A stretch of 59,267 nt of DNA, filler included, from Sphacelaria rigidula (Eukaryota), in assembly GCA_964200075.2 (NCBI GenBank). It is 9 parts of 9 records of this genome, joined end to end, with 100 filler letters (N's around TTAATTAATTAA, not from the genome) between each part and the next. Parts side by side here need not be neighbours in the genome. Positions count along the whole stretch, not along the records: positions 1 to 6,497 come from CAXNAA020019731.1; positions 6,598 to 13,094 come from CAXNAA020019732.1; 7 more parts are not named here. One strand, 5' to 3'. Each line of letters opens with the position of its first letter. Positions within the stretch are counted from its first letter, which is position 1. The position numbers and the translations under genes are program-made. Positions 1 through 12,807 of this stretch are shown here, piece after piece. The notes beneath the pieces were generated by a model. It did not search any database. It saw only the letters and a program-made list of their open reading frames with translations, and was not told the origin of the DNA.

Positions 1-376
1 AACAAAAAAGTACGCCCCCCCCCCCTCCCCCCCCCCTTCCCCCCCCCCTATCGTAGCAGGACTCACGGACCGCGCAGGATATCTTTTTTTCAGGAAGCGC
101 ACAGGGGAGGGGGTCGTTGAAGCTCTTGGCTTCGCCGCTCGCCGTCGACGTTTCAAGAGTTTGTAAATTAAGCCGATGAAACGGCAAAACGCCGGTTAAC
201 TTGCCACTAGAGCCTCCAGCTCAAATGTAGCTGACCAGAGCTGCCAGTTCACAGCCCTGGAGCCCACGGAAGCAGATGTACGGTCGTTGAAGCCATCCCT
301 CCCTTGAGCGCACTACTCGGAGCTGACACTGAAATGAACCACTCGGCTCTGGCTTGCATGTTGTTCCGTTTGACAG

Positions 377-3300
377 GTGTCAGGTGCATGCCGTTTCGAC
401 ACTGTCTGCGAGAACTGCGCAGCTTCATGTGGAGAAATCTTCGACGGCGTCAACGTGGTCAACGACAGTTCTGTGCCAACATGCAAAACTGTGCGTATTC
501 GTCCGGTCATGTGGGGGGAAGCAGAGCGGGAGCGTTACCGGATACGCGACGATTGTCTCCCCAACTGATGAGGTAACGACGCTCTGCCGCGCGAATTCGC
601 TGTCCAGGATGAACAACGCAATCCCTACTCGGATATGACTTGAGATTCTCGATAGTGCTGATACTGATCACCGGTACCGGTGGAGCAGAAACTGAAGTGC
701 ACAATGCAACAAACTCTTTCGATTCTAACTCAGCGACTTGTTTTTTTCGTCCGAACCATTCAGGCTATGACGGGTGTCGACGCGTCCGGCGACGGGGGTA
801 TGACTCTTTCAACGCTAAAGCTGGACCGTGGGTACTACCGCACGTCAATCGAAAGTCACGTCATCCTGAAATGTCACCAGGAGAAGGCTTGCATCGGGGG
901 GGTGGAACCCAGTCAGTACTGCGAGGAGGGCTACCAAGGACCATGTCAGTCCAACCCGTCAGGCATCTTGCACAGTATCTGACGATTTCGTCGGCAGTTC
1001 GTGCGAGTGCCCAAAAAAACGCAAGCACAGCTACTAAACCACGCTGCCCATATCCCTTTGTTGTAGAGGTCTCCGACTCGCAACCCTCTTCTTCTTCGGG
1101 TGTGGCATTGTTTTTTCGCTTGTCTGAGGGCTCGGGCAAAAGGCAAGGAGATAACTGACAAAATATTGATAAAACCACGGATCTACGGCGGATGTTGTCG
1201 TTCGGTGCACACCCGCTTCTCTTCCCGATGCGTGCAGACTGTGCTGTATGCAACAAGAGCTATGCGTCCGGGTACCAGTACAGCTGCTCCAGCTGCGTCG
1301 GCAAGAACAGGCGGAAAGCCATAGGTGAGCCTTGTCCTTGCTGTGTGCAGGCTAGAGTAAGGAAGCCCGACACAATTGACCCACTCGTAGTGCGTTTCGC
1401 TGTCTGAGCACCTTCATCGCACGTTGGAAAATGACGTTTCTCCGACAGTTCCATTGGCGTGACTTGAGGTCCTAAAACGTTGTTGGGGTCAACATACATA
1501 CAGGTGGTCGGCCCTCAACTGGGATACGCGGGTGCCACTCTTTGCCTTGGTGTGTGAGGTTTTCGAAAGCAGTGGACAGAAGGAGGGCAAAACATACTTT
1601 GCCATACTCTTAACGTCGAGGGCCACTACCTCCCCCGTTCTCCTGAGCCAGGACAACCCAGCTGAGATGCCCCACCCTCCCGGGGTTGGCGTCGGCCCAC
1701 GGTATGAGACACGTCAAAATGCTGCAGAAAGCTGGACAACCAGGTTGCAGTATTTTCGTGTTCCGGTAGCCATGAGTGGCGGTCGGGTCAGATTATTTTG
1801 AGCGGGGTGCAGCGATTTGACTTCACACAAACAGGGATGACGGTACCACGCAGTGTGATGCGTCCGCGAGGTAGTCACACAGTATGTACCCACGGTTGTC
1901 TCCGGAGGGGGCGAAACCCGAAAGTACATCAAGTTGTTCGAATCCGTCAGCCATATTCAACAATACATTCAAAATTCCAGACACGCTAGGAGTAAGCGAA
2001 ATGGAGCCCACTCTTTGTGAGACTTGCCGAACACCCCGCGGCGCTTCGCGCGCGGTGCAATGCATACTAACCTGGCCCGGCGGAATCCCGGCGTGCCTCG
2101 TCCCGTCGTAGTAAGGGATGCGAGATCCATTGTCTAACGACTACGGCGTGCATGATCATGAGCACACCCCTTCTCCTCGCTCTCGCTCGCCCCCTCACGT
2201 CGCGCGGCGTCATCGATCGACATAGGCACATCAATAGCTCTATTCGTAGTGGCGCTGGTTTGTATTGGCCTTGTGATCGCGGATCTCACCCGGGTGGTGG
2301 ATGAGAACAACATTGCCATGGCGTGGCAGGGGGGGCTCAATTCTTGCCCAGACTGGACCGCCAACATCTTTCCGCTCACGACGATCAAGATCGTCGTGGT
2401 TGCATGGCAGATTGTTACTCAGGTGACCGAGGGTGTGGTGAAGAAATAGTTCGAGAACTATTTGTTTTGGGAAGGCGGCCGCACTAGCTCACGACGCGTG
2501 CTTGTTGAGCTGTTTATCTCAGACGCTACAGCACCGAACCGTGAAGTGATACGAAGTTACACCTTCAACGCGTCATATTTGTTCTCGCGATTCTCTCTGA
2601 TATTCGACAACGATTCAAATTCTGTTGAAATGCCCTGACCCCGTTATTGAACCTTACCTTCGTTTCTCGCGGTCGTTCTAAATACACAAAAACAGTTTTC
2701 TTCAGTGGTGAACGTGGTGTATCCCGATGTGTACGAGAAGTTGCTGTCCACGCTGAACCTGGTGAACCTCAATCTCGGCTTCATCCTATCGGTGTCATGC
2801 ATAGTCGACACCAATTTCTACGCCCGGCTAATATTCGTCACAACCGGGCCGCTGGTTATTTCGGGAGTTCTACGAGGGACGTACGTCGTGTCTAGGTCAC
2901 GAAACCGGCAATATCCCACGAGGGTGCAAGTTGCCGAACACAAGCATATGTCTATCGTGCTGCTTGTCGCGTTCTTCATCTACTCTTCGGTGTCCTTCAC
3001 CATATTCCAAACTTTTGTTTGCGATAGACTGGACAACGGAGTAGAGTACCTGCGGGCAGACTACAGCCTCACCTGCTCGACAGGTATCCACACGGCGATG
3101 GAGGTGTACGCCGGTCTGATGATCTTCGTGTACCCAATTGGAATCCCGGTCTATTTTGCTTGGTGGCTCGGTTCTAACCGATCCCACCTAGACGCGTCGA
3201 ACCATCTCCAGCCCATGCGGGATCTATGGGCTCCCTATAAGCCCAACCGTTACTATTACGAAGTGGTGGAGTGTGGTCGGCGGATAGCATTGACGGGGCT

Positions 3301-3703
3301 TGCCGTATTTCTGAAGCCCGGCAGCTCGGCGCAGGTAGCGATTGAGGTGGTGCTTGCTGTTGTGTTCATCGTGGTATCCGAAAGTCTTTCGCCTTTCGCG
3401 GACCCCTTGGATTCGTGGCTATATCGATGTGGTCAGTTGGTCGTTTTCTCCTCCATGTACCTGTGTCTGTTGTTGAAAGTCGATGCTTCGGACGAGGACA
3501 GTCGAAGCCAAGTGGTTTTTGCAAAGGTGCTAATCGCGGCGCATGTATGCATGGTTTTGATGGTAGTGGTCCAGGCCGTGCTCTCGTTGAAGAGGGACCT
3601 TGTTCCCGTGCGGGACCAGCCGGCTACTCATCAAAGCTCCCCAGTTTCAAGGTGCGCACAGGTGTGCGATGTGGAAGCTAACGTTGATGTACAGGACGAA
3701 TGA
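377..3703 (+). CDS. Partial (5'-truncated) multi-exon gene for a Cys-rich extracellular, multi-pass membrane protein; resembles the expanded brown-algal 'polymorphic outer membrane protein-like' family with a C-terminal ~7-TM region
   Basis: Exons 377-490, 764-944, 1238-1324, 2226-2422 and 2696-3703 have GT-AG boundaries and splice in frame: ...PTCKT|AMTGVD...GYYRTS...YCEEGYQGPY|CAVCNKSY...KAIG|TSIALF...IKIVVVAWQIVTQ|FSSVVNVVYP...FQTFVCD...YLRADYSLTC...YPIGIP...YYYEVVECGRRIALTG, stop at 3701-3703. Several hydrophobic helices lie in the last exon. The family name is from recall of these motifs. Confidence 0.8.
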
Positions 3704-5611
3704 AAGTCGTAGTGGTCAACAGAAGCTGATGAAACCGCTAGCGGAGCCGCAATACGAGGATGAGCGTTACAACTTGTTTTATCAGCAAAACATCTCATCT
3801 CACAGGGTGCATGATACTTTTCTGCTTGCTATATCCGATCACTCGCTGAGATCGGGTGAGTTTCTTCTCTTTGGGGAAGTCATTCCGGGCTATCGATTGG
3901 AGATTTCAATATTGTGTTGCGCTCCCCGGGATGCTTTATGTTAGTATTTCAACAAGACCCCCCCCCGCGTGTCCCAGTTTTCGAAGTAATCGTATCTTTT
4001 CGAGCGTTTCTGTGCAACGTTGAAATACTTGTACATGACCTCCGTGTAGCCCGTTTGGTTTCGGTTTCTGAGGAGTCTACGCGATGATGAATCAGGCCGC
4101 GTAGTGAGATTAGAAAACATGAGGACTTGCTCGTGTGCGCCTTCGGGTTCTCTTTCAAGGCTTCCTGTGATGAGTAATGCAGGTGAAGTATAGGACACGG
4201 GGCCTTGTCTCCTCGGTTGATCTGCGCTGGATGATTACGCCAATTTTTCTTCGGTTTGAAAAACGTATTTTTGCGCTTGGAGATACATGTCGCTTTTTTT
4301 CAGGCGTGCGCTCATTGGGGGGCAAAACACCAGCAAGGGTAGGGGCATTGGTATGAGAACAACAAGGATGCGTTGGCTAAGATGATGTTTTGCGCTTTTC
4401 ATTCATTGGAACGTTTCCGTGATATACTCGTAGGATATTGGGGGGCGGGCATCGTTGGTAGTTTATCGGAGGCGCCTCCAATATATTCAATGCAAATGAA
4501 CACGATTCTTACGCCAGACGCCATTTGCTCTATCGAGTACATTTTTTGGTCTCCAGGTGCACTTCGAGCCCGTAGAGTAAGGCACCTGTAGGTTATCCGC
4601 GGCGGGTGGGAAAAAGAGGTTCAAGGATGGACGATGTGGTGGGATGGATGAGGACATGGATTGGACGATCAAGTGGATTGATTCAATGGCTGCGGAAGGC
4701 AGGGAGCCATACGCTTTTAGAGTTTTTTTCAGATGTTCGGAATGGAGGTGTGTTCAACGATGTATGGGGAAAACGAGGCGGTACCCTTGGTGTGGAGACC
4801 ATTGGCGGCGTCTGTAGTCCTAGTATCAAGGCTCACAAAGACGTGATGAAAATTCACGGAGCTTTGATGGGTCGAAGTCTTTCCTTTCCGGCGTTATTTT
4901 GGTTTTGATATTCGGAGAATACCCGTCAATCGATCGTCAACTCGGGTCGACGATCCATCTATTTTTCTCATATTGATTTTATTCCAGTCCCGATCAGCAG
5001 GACCGGTTTCAATTCAGATATTCAGGCAGTTTGATTGCTCGTCAGCATTAGAGGGGGTTTCGGCACATCGACTGAGTCCGCCACTTTCTCCGGGACCGTG
5101 GGACCAACGGGGATTTGGGGTGTTGAAATAGTTTTGACAGTCCGAGGCATTGGTGCACCTTCTTTCAAGTTACAGTAGCGGCCAGTTCATGGGACACGAC
5201 GTGGTAAGAAATCCAGGCTGACATTTCGAAAAAAATAGGAAAGTACTTCACCTGAGCGACGTCCGCCACAACACAGTGAGTCACGATTAACCTTTGGATC
5301 AAATGAGAAAACTCAGGCTGAGTCAGGTGTTTGGTTTCTCATGAACAGGCGGCCATTGCAGTCTCTCATTGAGCATTTAATGTTTAAAATACTCGGTGAT
5401 CGGTACTGATGCGCGCAGACTTCGTTAAAACCGCGGCACGAGCAACTTTTCCCCGCACGCCGTAATTTTGTGATGAATATTTGACGTCGCGACTTCCTCG
5501 CTTTATACTGTGTTGGATCACTGCCGTACTGTTGTCGGAATTATGGGGGGACGGGATGCGATGTTGTAATATGCCAGTATAAGTACGCGTCTAGTCATTT
5601 TCGTGTCGTAC

Positions 5612-5784
5612 TGCGTGAGAGGACCGCGTGTTTAAAGGACCGTATCGGAATTTGAACAACCCTATATTTGGGGTCAGTGTTGGAGTCGGGATCAGGGGCG
5701 TGGGCCCTCCAGGGACTGGTCCGATTGGTTTTGAAATACTTGGGTCCTGAGGCGTTTCGAACTACGATGCGGTCCTCTCACGCG
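5612..5784. mobile_element. MITE, ~170 bp (same family as 43862-44003)
   Basis: Terminal inverted repeat GCGTGAGAGGACCGC (5613-5627) / GCGGTCCTCTCACGC (5769-5783). Confidence 0.65.
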
Positions 5785-6497
5785 TTGTGGTGTACTCTCG
5801 GGTTGTATGTTTCAGGTTTCTTCGTCAATGTTTGGTATTCCAGAGGAAATCGAGGGAAGACTACATGTGCGCTGGTTTGGACTTGTGGGGCGCCCCTCCG
5901 AGAGTTTGGGGGCTGATGAAAAGGGATATCCATATAACCGCGTTTCACCGGGGGATTTTCATCTAGGATATCCCGATCGTTTGAGTTGTGGATATCCAAA
6001 ACGTCTGCGTTGCTACGTTTGGTTTTGATGGTGAAGAGGACAGGTGGTTGGAATTTATGTCTACATTGTGTACACACAACACCATGTTTGTTGCTGTGAG
6101 TTGACAATGGGATTTTGTTCGAGTAAAACAGAGTGATTAGGGTGAATTCGATTTGTATATCTGGTATGCTTGAGCTGCAAGCGTCGGTGCAGCGAGGGGC
6201 ACCGCGTAAAGCGGTATTTGTTCGCGAGATCGTCATTCGCCGTTTATATCATTTTTGAAGATGTGAGGTGATGTCTATTGGAATAATTTGTGGTCGTGGC
6301 ACTGTCCTTACCACAGGCCAACTACTGTTCAGCGAACAGTAGTATGCAGAGGTTGCACCGTGGTTGATTAGACTACTTGCTTCCGCAGCTTCAGAGTAAA
6401 ATCAGTGAGACGAATGGTTGATTGGGCGCTTATTTGGCCAACAAAAGTAGAACTCGCAGTGTCCTCTCAAAGCGGAAAACTGATGGTAGTGAAGGAG

Positions 6498-6597
6498 NNN
6501 NNNNNNNNNNNNNNNNNNNNNNNNNNNNNNNNNNNNNNNNNTTAATTAATTAANNNNNNNNNNNNNNNNNNNNNNNNNNNNNNNNNNNNNNNNNNNN
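6498..6597. other. Artificial contig linker (N-TTAATTAATTAA-N); recurs at 13095-13194, 19692-19791, 26288-26387, 32884-32983, 39480-39579, 46076-46175, 52672-52771
   Basis: An identical 100-nt spacer with stop codons in all six frames recurs every ~6.6 kb. The segments between are 6496-6497 bp, as expected for size-sorted contigs. Confidence 0.98.
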
Positions 6598-7161
6598 GGG
6601 TAAGAAGAGTCATTTCAATGATCTGGGCGTAGTTTCGAAAACCGAACTGTTTTGTTTTCATACAGTAGCTGCTCCGAATTTGGGTACATTATAACATGTT
6701 CTTACTAGCTGTGCAGACGGAAGCCAGTAGAGTAGAGCAACGAAAGCTCCAGATTGCAGCTGACGCACCCCTCTGCACCACGCTAGCAACAGTTAGACCA
6801 CCACGATAGATATCGTTTTTCACTCCGCATGTCAAGAAGGTCTCCACAAGTGTTTGGCCTCTCTCTCACACACACACCCCAACTGGCCTGTGGCAGGTTC
6901 TTGTGGTCATGTCGGGTAAAATCAACGATGAATAACACTCCCCAAGTTCAAATTGATTCATCTGTTATTTTTGCCGCGCAGCGCACCGTCCTTACTGGTA
7001 TGTGTGTGACAGAGAACAGTAGGAGCGGTGACGGGAACATTGCCCAGTTTTTCAGCGCACAGAAGCGCGTCCTATTCAAAAAAGAGGCAGAGAGAAATCG
7101 ATCTTCGCATTGGTGACCTCCACAGACAAAGAGACGAAGTCTCTCCGCAGCTCGATGTACT

Positions 7162-7580
7162 TTGGGGATACCTACCGGCACATGAGAAATTCGGTACGTG
7201 CTGGTAATATGCATGATGCCAGTCTCTCGAGCGATTGGTAATCGCCCAGCGAGGGTACACAAAGGACACGGGCGAGGAGCTTCCTTTCTGTCGTTGCTTC
7301 TCTCTCTGATGATATCGTCATCGACACGCGTGTATACCGCAGTCATTCGGTGCATTTAGCCACAACTGATGATTCACAGTAGCGGAGTTTGGTGGGGAAG
7401 GATGGTCTGGGGATACCTACCGGCATATGAGAAATTCGGTACGTGCTGGTAACATGCATGATGCCAGTCTCTCGAGCGGTTGGTAATCGCCCAGTGAGGG
7501 CACACAAAGGACACGGGCGAGGAGCTTCTTCTCTGTCGTTGCTTCTCTCTCCGGTGATATCGCCATCGACACGCGTGTGT
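7162..7580. repeat. Tandem duplication, ~246 bp period, with a partial third copy near 8079-8143
   Basis: TGGGGATACCTACCGGCA...GACACGCGTGT starts at 7162 and again at 7408. The CGCAGTC-TTCGGTGCATTTAGCCACAACT block recurs at ~8079. Confidence 0.85.
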
Positions 7581-8294
7581 CGCAGAAACAAAGTCATGCA
7601 TTGGCTGGGTGTGGAAAATAGCCTCCAGATGGGTTGCTTTGGGTACGCAAGGCACCCTAGGACCCCGTACAGCAGTATGCAACGACTACCGTAATACTAC
7701 AAACCCTTTACATAACGACAAAACCATGCATACATTTTGCTTCTTGAGTCGAGCATAGCTTAGCAGAAGAGCGGCACGCAATGAGCATTGCGTATAGCAT
7801 GAAGGTTATCCTTGGTGAAGGGTGAGTGACGTCGCATTCAGCAGTCAGCAATGGTGCAGTGCAGTTCAGTTATCGTGAGACGATATGTCATACTTGCCCT
7901 CGGATTCGAATGTTTGGTCTCTCTTTCTTTCTCTGACCTCGTGTGGGCTTGCGGGAGGTAGCGTCTTTATCTTTTATAAATCCTCATTGGGTTGAAGAAT
8001 GGTTCGGCAGACCCGCAATCGCATCACCCTATAGCCTTCTATTCAGGGTCACCATCCACCCTATAACACATGTACATCGCAGTCGTTCGGTGCATTTAGC
8101 CACAACTAATGATTCACAGTAGCGGAGTTTGGGGGGGAAAGATGATTTTGCTCTGTGCTTTGGCGTCGCCCCTGCAAAAAAGATATGCCACTTGAACCTC
8201 ATTTTTGATATCGACCTCATTTTTCAGGGTTCGCTGTTATTCGCATTTTTTTCTCAATTTCACCGGACGGAATTGAACAGCAGCAGTACAGTAA

Positions 8295-8473
8295 ACAACG
8301 TTTTCGTGAGATTGAGAGTAGAGCGCTGATTGAGAGTGGCTTTGGTAATTCGCTTTAACCTAGCCATTTTCTCATCCGTGTGTGCTTTTCTTTGCCTCCA
8401 TCACAAGCGTGTGCTTACAGCTACACGTCGATATTCTACTCGGGGATATCAAGGGCCTTAGTGGCAAGCTACT
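8295..8473 (+). repeat. Dispersed repeat interrupted by the gypsy LTR; second copy at ~53793-53971
   Basis: GTTTTCGTGAGATTGAG...CTACTCGGG-ATATCAAGGGC...CAAGCTACT is shared between contigs 2 and 9. Confidence 0.75.
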
Positions 8474-8663
8474 TGTGACGCCAGCCAGTGGAAGCACTGT
8501 TGGATCACTGCTGTTTAGGAACTCCCCAGTCTTACTGGCCTCAGTTTCGGTTGTCAGTCTTCACCACATCTCAGTATTCAGGGGTGACCTTCCAGGCGGC
8601 TCCATAAACCACATCAGGGTTTATCACCCTTGTGCCCATGTCATCATCCATATCATCACTACA
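8474..8663 (-). repeat. 3' LTR of gypsy element
   Basis: Direct repeat of 12808-12989 (TGTGACG-CAGCCAGTGGAAGCACTGTTGGATCACTGCTG...GTCATCATCCATAT). Confidence 0.88.
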
Positions 8664-8876
8664 GATCCCCAGTCATCATCCATATCATCACTATACAATC
8701 AACGTGGCGGTGTGATTTCGTCACAGCATCCCCAAAGCGCGTTGGCCGAGAATCGAGCAACAAGCTTGACACTCAGAAAAATAACGCTAAAACGATTGAG
8801 CAAGTCATAACTGAATCCCAAACTCACGCGTAACGCGAGCAGCAATGGAACGAGTCACTCACACCTTACGCAAATC

Positions 8877-9983
8877 CTAAAAACCCAGACGAGCTACATG
8901 GGCGGTCTGAACACGACCCGAAACAATGTTTTGGATCTCAAACACATGCGGGTGGTGAGCATTAATCACTCTCCACGGACCAGTCCACATCGCCATCAAT
9001 TTACGCGTAACTCCCGGGCGACGCACGCGTGCATACAAAACATTATCGCCTACCTCGAAATTCGGTAATTCCAGCCCCGACGAGGATCCCTCACGTCTAC
9101 GCGCACGTTCTTGCAAGCCGAAGACTCCTTGCAATGCACTCTTAATTTGAACATCGTCCAGAACATCACACTTCCATTCCCCCGCCGACGAAGACGCCAG
9201 CACCGAGAAAGACGTCCGAGGAGCACGACCAAACATCACGCGGCACAGCGTACTATCGTAACGACGACGATACGCTGTATTAAGCGCCCATTGCACCGCC
9301 GGCAACACGTCCACCCATTCGGAAACCGCTCTACGCTGCTCGAGAAGAATAGAGCGAAGAGCACGAACTACTTCTTTGACCCTGCGTTCGCACGTACCGT
9401 CAGACCACGGAGAATACGCTACCACATACTGGTGATCAACGCGCAAAGCCTCCCGCAATCGGGCCAAGATCGCATTCTTGAAATGCGTGGCGGTATCACT
9501 CACCCACACACGGGGCACCCCAAAAGGTTTGCACACATTCAGCAAAGATGCAGTGGTCAACTCAGCAGTGCACACTGCTACGGGTTCCAGAGCCACAAAG
9601 TTGCTCAAATCATCCATGATTACTAAAATGTATTTAAACCCAGCATCCTCTGACAAACCTTGGAAAGCTAGCGGGTAAAAAAAAACGACTTCATTCGGCG
9701 TGGTCCCATGGACCGTTTCATCGAGCGGGCGGGGAACAAAATCGCCTGCCCTCGAGTCAGCACAGTGAAGACACTGGCGGACAATTTCTCGCACATGAGT
9801 TTCTATCCCCTGCCAGACACTAAACTCTTGCGAACGCACGAGCGTCGTAGCCACACCCCGATTCCCAGCGTCGCGCATGTGCGCGCAAATCATCAGACGT
9901 ACCTGCAACTGCTTGTCAGTACTCGGAATCCACAAAACGTTCCGGCCACGCACATGTACACGAAACAGACTTTCATTGTCCAA
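8877..9983 (-). pseudogene. Gypsy integrase
   Basis: Zn-binding remnant (AH...CLHC), core motifs ILVIMDDLS, VWVSDTATHF and GTCERRVKE, and C-terminal GPY/F-type WTGPWRV. Frameshifted relative to upstream pol. Confidence 0.85.
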
Positions 9984-11137
9984 ATAGCAGTACCAACGTC
10001 CGACTCGAAAGATTGCATATCCGCATCTTCGGCCCCAAGGTATTTTCGTTGCGCTTGGCGGACAACAGATTTGGACGGCATCGCGTCATCAGGTTCACAC
10101 GGACCATACACGACCACAGCGCGCACAGGCATTGCAATTCCGACTGTAGGCACCTCCACGACCAAACTACCCCAATGGCACTCAAATGCATCCGGAAACA
10201 TTGACACCTAACAATCAGGACAAGGATGAAGCAGCTTCACGGCATGAGCCACCAGATCCTTCGCTGCCGCCGACGCCTGCAGCCTGCCCTCCATCCACGA
10301 TGCAACCTTTTGCAGAAACGCCATATCTGGACTGGACCACCCCGACTGCAAATTCCGTAACACCTACCCGAGCGCCAAAAGAGCTGCCATGCACAACGCC
10401 AACCAACTCGACTTCACTGGATCGTACCACCGCGGCCTCGTCTTCACCGCGGACGGCCCAGGTTTGAGCTGAACACTCATGGGCTCCACGTGCGCTGGGG
10501 GATCACCCCGCAGCGCACGACGAAACGCGTTGACGCGGCAATGCAATATGCCGCGCAGGCGCTCCGCTTTTGAGACGCTGAGGCCTGTCGCCCCAGCATC
10601 TATCACGCTCTCCTCCAGCGCGACCTTCCGAGCGGATTCCTCTTCCGCCGGAATAATGAACATCTCCGGGCCGCGCTCTACTAAGCGCTCCACCGCCGCA
10701 TCCCGCTCCTCGATCACCTGCCCTCCAGCCTCCTGAAAAGCACCCACCGACAAGCTCACGCGATGACTGCCTAAAACGGCGGGCGTCTCCAAGCGCGAAC
10801 CAGGTGGAGACATTCGCGTCTTCATGGAGTCCCACAACCGCCGAGTGTTGACTCCAATATCCTGAAGCATCGGCAACCCCAGAAGAATGACGCCATCCGA
10901 CCCCGACACGATCGCAAACGAGATCGGAGGCAACTGCGCCGGCCCCCAGGAAGTCGTGAAAGTCAGCTGCAGCGGAACAGTACGCTCTGTGACGTAGAGA
11001 TGCTGATCCGACGCGGTGACGGCCTGCAGCGCCCCGAGCGAAAACGGGATGCGATGGCACACCCGGGAGAAACTCTCCAACATCTCTACAATCTGTACCG
11101 ACAGACTCACATGACCCGTCAAGTGGGCGCCAGAATC
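9893..11137 (-). pseudogene. Gypsy protease plus RT N-terminus and RNase H remnant (RT core deleted)
   Basis: HAK*DSGAHLT (degenerate LDSG protease motif), LLGLPML and FRRALRGDPPAHVEPM are followed directly by KDLVAHAVKLLHP..MFPDA. Colinear with 37389-39141 except for the missing core. Confidence 0.8.
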
Positions 11138-12358
11138 CTACTTAGCATGAACCGCAATGGCTCCACGCTCCCGTTGATTTGGAAGGCACAGCTTCGCAGG
11201 AACGTACCTGTCCGCAAGCTCCACGGGAACTTCTTCCACTGACCTATGCGCTGCTAGTCTCACTTGACGCCACAGCTGCGCAAGCTGCGCACGTGCAGAC
11301 GCCTCGGCAGGTTCACACGGCACCGCCGGCGGGTACGCCCCCCAGCCAGCAAACCAAGAATTTGGCGACCCTCCGACTAGCGCTTCAACAGGCGTGGCGC
11401 CTGGCGCTGCTGCCGGTGTCGCCGCCGGCGCCACCACCGGCACCGGCGCAGTGTTCGACTCTGTAGAAGTCGGGCCCACCTGCACCGCCCGCTGCGGAGC
11501 AGCAGCACCTACGGCCGCGCCGGACCCAGAGCCAGGCCCATGCTGACGCCGCTGCCCCTGCTGCTGCTGCGGCTGCTGCTGCTGAGGGCTCGCCTGTGAC
11601 CCTCCATCGCCGGAGGATCCGCCGCCGCCACCACGATTACCTCGTATTTTTCCCTTGTGCTGACGATGCTGATGGCGCGCGGCACTAGACTGCCCAGACT
11701 CTCCATCGGAAGGCGTTGGGCAATCGCGCGCGTAATGGCCGACCTGGCCACAGCGGTGGCAAGTAATACTCGCGGCGCGACCAGCCGATTTTGAGCCATG
11801 GTTGCGCAAAGATTTCGGCCAAGATGTGGACGACTGGCCAAACACCTCTATTTTCCCCCACTCCTTGGCCTCGGCCACGACGGTGCTGATCACCAAGTAC
11901 GAGTCGTCCTTCCAATCTGATTGGTGCTGCAGCTTGACACGCACGGCTTGCTTGAAATTTTCCGGTACCAACCCCTCCACCAAAGCCTCAGTGATTACTG
12001 CTGCCGGGCCGGAAATGAACTCACCATAGGAGGAACGATATACTAGTTCTTCGTTCGAATTTTCCGTGAAGTATTTCTCCAAATTAGCCAAAATGGGCTC
12101 CACACGCTCCAACATCGTTTTCCCCCGAGAACCAATTGCGACAGCTTTCGCCACGGCCGCGGACGCTTGGGTCAGATCTACCTCGGCGCCCGCCGCATGC
12201 CCTGCATGATTTTTTATCCCCGCAACCAATTGCGGCGAGGTGATGGTGCTGTCGTTATGCTCCAAACGAGCGAACACTCTTTGTACATGAGTCGGTACTT
12301 GTTGAGCCATAGTCACCACCTGAGGCCGCACGGCACCCCCTGGATTAGCGTGCTCCAC
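11138..12358 (-). CDS. gag: Gypsy gag (nucleocapsid zinc knuckle)
   Basis: 406-aa ORF with CHRCGQVGHYARDC (CX2CX4HX4C) and a Gly/Gln/Ala-rich tail; homologous to 36146-37063. Confidence 0.85.
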   Translation of the reverse strand: MEHANPGGAVRPQVVTMAQQVPTHVQRVFARLEHNDSTITSPQLVAGIKNHAGHAAGAEVDLTQASAAVAKAVAIGSRGKTMLERVEPILANLEKYFTENSNEELVYRSSYGEFISGPAAVITEALVEGLVPENFKQAVRVKLQHQSDWKDDSYLVISTVVAEAKEWGKIEVFGQSSTSWPKSLRNHGSKSAGRAASITCHRCGQVGHYARDCPTPSDGESGQSSAARHQHRQHKGKIRGNRGGGGGSSGDGGSQASPQQQQPQQQQGQRRQHGPGSGSGAAVGAAAPQRAVQVGPTSTESNTAPVPVVAPAATPAAAPGATPVEALVGGSPNSWFAGWGAYPPAVPCEPAEASARAQLAQLWRQVRLAAHRSVEEVPVELADRYVPAKLCLPNQRERGAIAVHAK

Positions 12359-12807
12359 ACGCCTCTTTTACTCTAGGCAGTTTGTATAAAAAGTGCGAGA
12401 TGCACTCTCTGAGTACCTGTCCCCGTATTGGTGAGGTCGCAATTCTTCCCGCATGAAAACGGGTGTCACGGTGGACGTACCTCGTGAGCCGGTAGCCATA
12501 CCTGTAGCTGTAACTGGCTACCTACGAACCTCTGCAGACCAGCGGACCTTCGCGAGTTGCATTTTCCTCGCCTCGTCGCCGCAACACACAGTCGTAGGAG
12601 CCTCCACACTCCCGCTGCACGCAGCTTCAGCAAGTTTTCAGTCTGGATCAATCACAGGCCAGTCGCCTTTCTGCAGCCGCCTCAGCTGGCACCCTCTCGT
12701 CCGTGGGTTATCAGGTTTCCACAGCTACCCGAACTCCTTCCGCCGGAATCCTTTCAGCAGATTTCTGGCACTAACACCAGCACTAGCACTAGCACTAATA
12801 TCGATAT

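Noticed and set aside
6498..6597. Regularly spaced TTAATTAATTAA palindrome every ~6.6 kb
   Set aside because: Embedded in N runs, identical each time and encoding stops in six frames. It is a concatenation linker, not biology.
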